The notes beneath the pieces were generated by a model that saw only the letters and a list, made by a program, of their open reading frames with translations, had not been told where the DNA came from and did no database searches. DNA of 64,000 nucleotides from the NCBI GenBank assembly GCA_001816585.1, contig MHCJ01000003.1, positions 714,681 to 778,680 of the forward strand, given 5' to 3'. Numbering within the stretch: position 1 is the first letter of the stretch; every line of letters begins with the position of its first letter. Both the position numbers and the translations under genes were made by a program. This DNA is from Candidatus Chisholmbacteria bacterium RIFCSPHIGHO2_01_FULL_52_32. Its GTDB lineage: Bacteria; Patescibacteriota; Microgenomatia; UBA1400; Chisholmbacteraceae. Positions 63,680 to 64,000 of this stretch are shown here, piece by piece.

Positions 63680-64000
63680 TTACCATACGCGCAATAGCAT
63701 TTCTCCCCCTAACTTTTTGCTTCTGGCGTCCTTATCCGTCATGATCCCGCGGCTGGTTGAGATGATTGTTATCCCATATCCGCCGAGGGTTTTGGGAATA
63801 TTTTTTGCCTTGACGTATATTTTTCTTCCCGGTGTTGAGACGTATTCAATCCGATCAATCGCGGCCTGACCGTTCGTATAGAGGAGGTTTAGGACGATCA
63901 TTTTCCGTGGTTTACGATTCTCCACTCCCAGGTGCCCAACGTATGCCTCTTTCTCTAAGATTTTCCCCAATGTCTCTCCTATACGGGAATGGGGAATTTC
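63680..64000 (-). CDS. rpsH: 30S ribosomal protein S8, C-terminal part; the start lies beyond the window end
   Basis: ...GGYGITIISTSRGIMTDKDARSKKLGGEMLLRVW is the S8 C-terminus. A full-length S8 (~130 aa) needs a start upstream of position 64000. Confidence 0.85.
   Translation of the reverse strand, partial: EIPHSRIGETLGKILEKEAYVGHLGVENRKPRKMIVLNLLYTNGQAAIDRIEYVSTPGRKIYVKAKNIPKTLGGYGITIISTSRGIMTDKDARSKKLGGEMLLRVW

Overview
This 64-kb window is a gene-dense bacterial segment of about 50% GC, with most genes on the minus strand. I infer a Patescibacteria/CPR-like origin from three things: the S5-L15 junction has no L30 gene, several ribosomal proteins carry K/E-rich tails, and a compact type IV pilus locus is present.

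Recognisable content, in order:
- a partial archaeal-type PEP carboxylase whose start overlaps an aspartate aminotransferase;
- recJ and cca;
- secDF;
- a winged-helix/MNT-like protein paired with an AbrB-like protein;
- DUF3048 and DUF4446 proteins;
- a plus-strand TldD/PmbA pair preceded by two small ORFs;
- rdgB, nth and a VapBC toxin-antitoxin pair;
- a low-GC islet holding a polynucleotide-kinase-like P-loop kinase and a NUDIX hydrolase;
- comM, an L,D-transpeptidase, and a T4P locus (two tandem pilins, a LytR_C-like protein, pilO, a pilM-pilN fusion, pilC, pilB and a response regulator);
- a circularly permuted aconitase-family dehydratase;
- a GAF histidine kinase and response regulator;
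- a type-A RNase P RNA that is not in the ORF track;
- miaB-miaA, an ABC-2 transporter, hup, rny, recA-recX and two RDD proteins;
- a Cas4-like PD-(D/E)XK nuclease, a secreted clan GH-A hydrolase, flavodoxin, DUF3105 and a polyprenyl synthase;
- a long ribosomal-protein, rpoA, secY, adk, map, infA operon.

The most unusual signal is non-coding. A modular family of intergenic repeats appears at at least eight sites. It consists of phased octamer arrays (TTAGAGG, TTAGGGT, TAAGGGT) plus a conserved hairpin module in three copies whose loops co-vary so as to extend the stem. A related A-rich octamer family (GTTAAAAGT) appears at three sites. I found no CRISPR array, rRNA, canonical tRNA or transposase.
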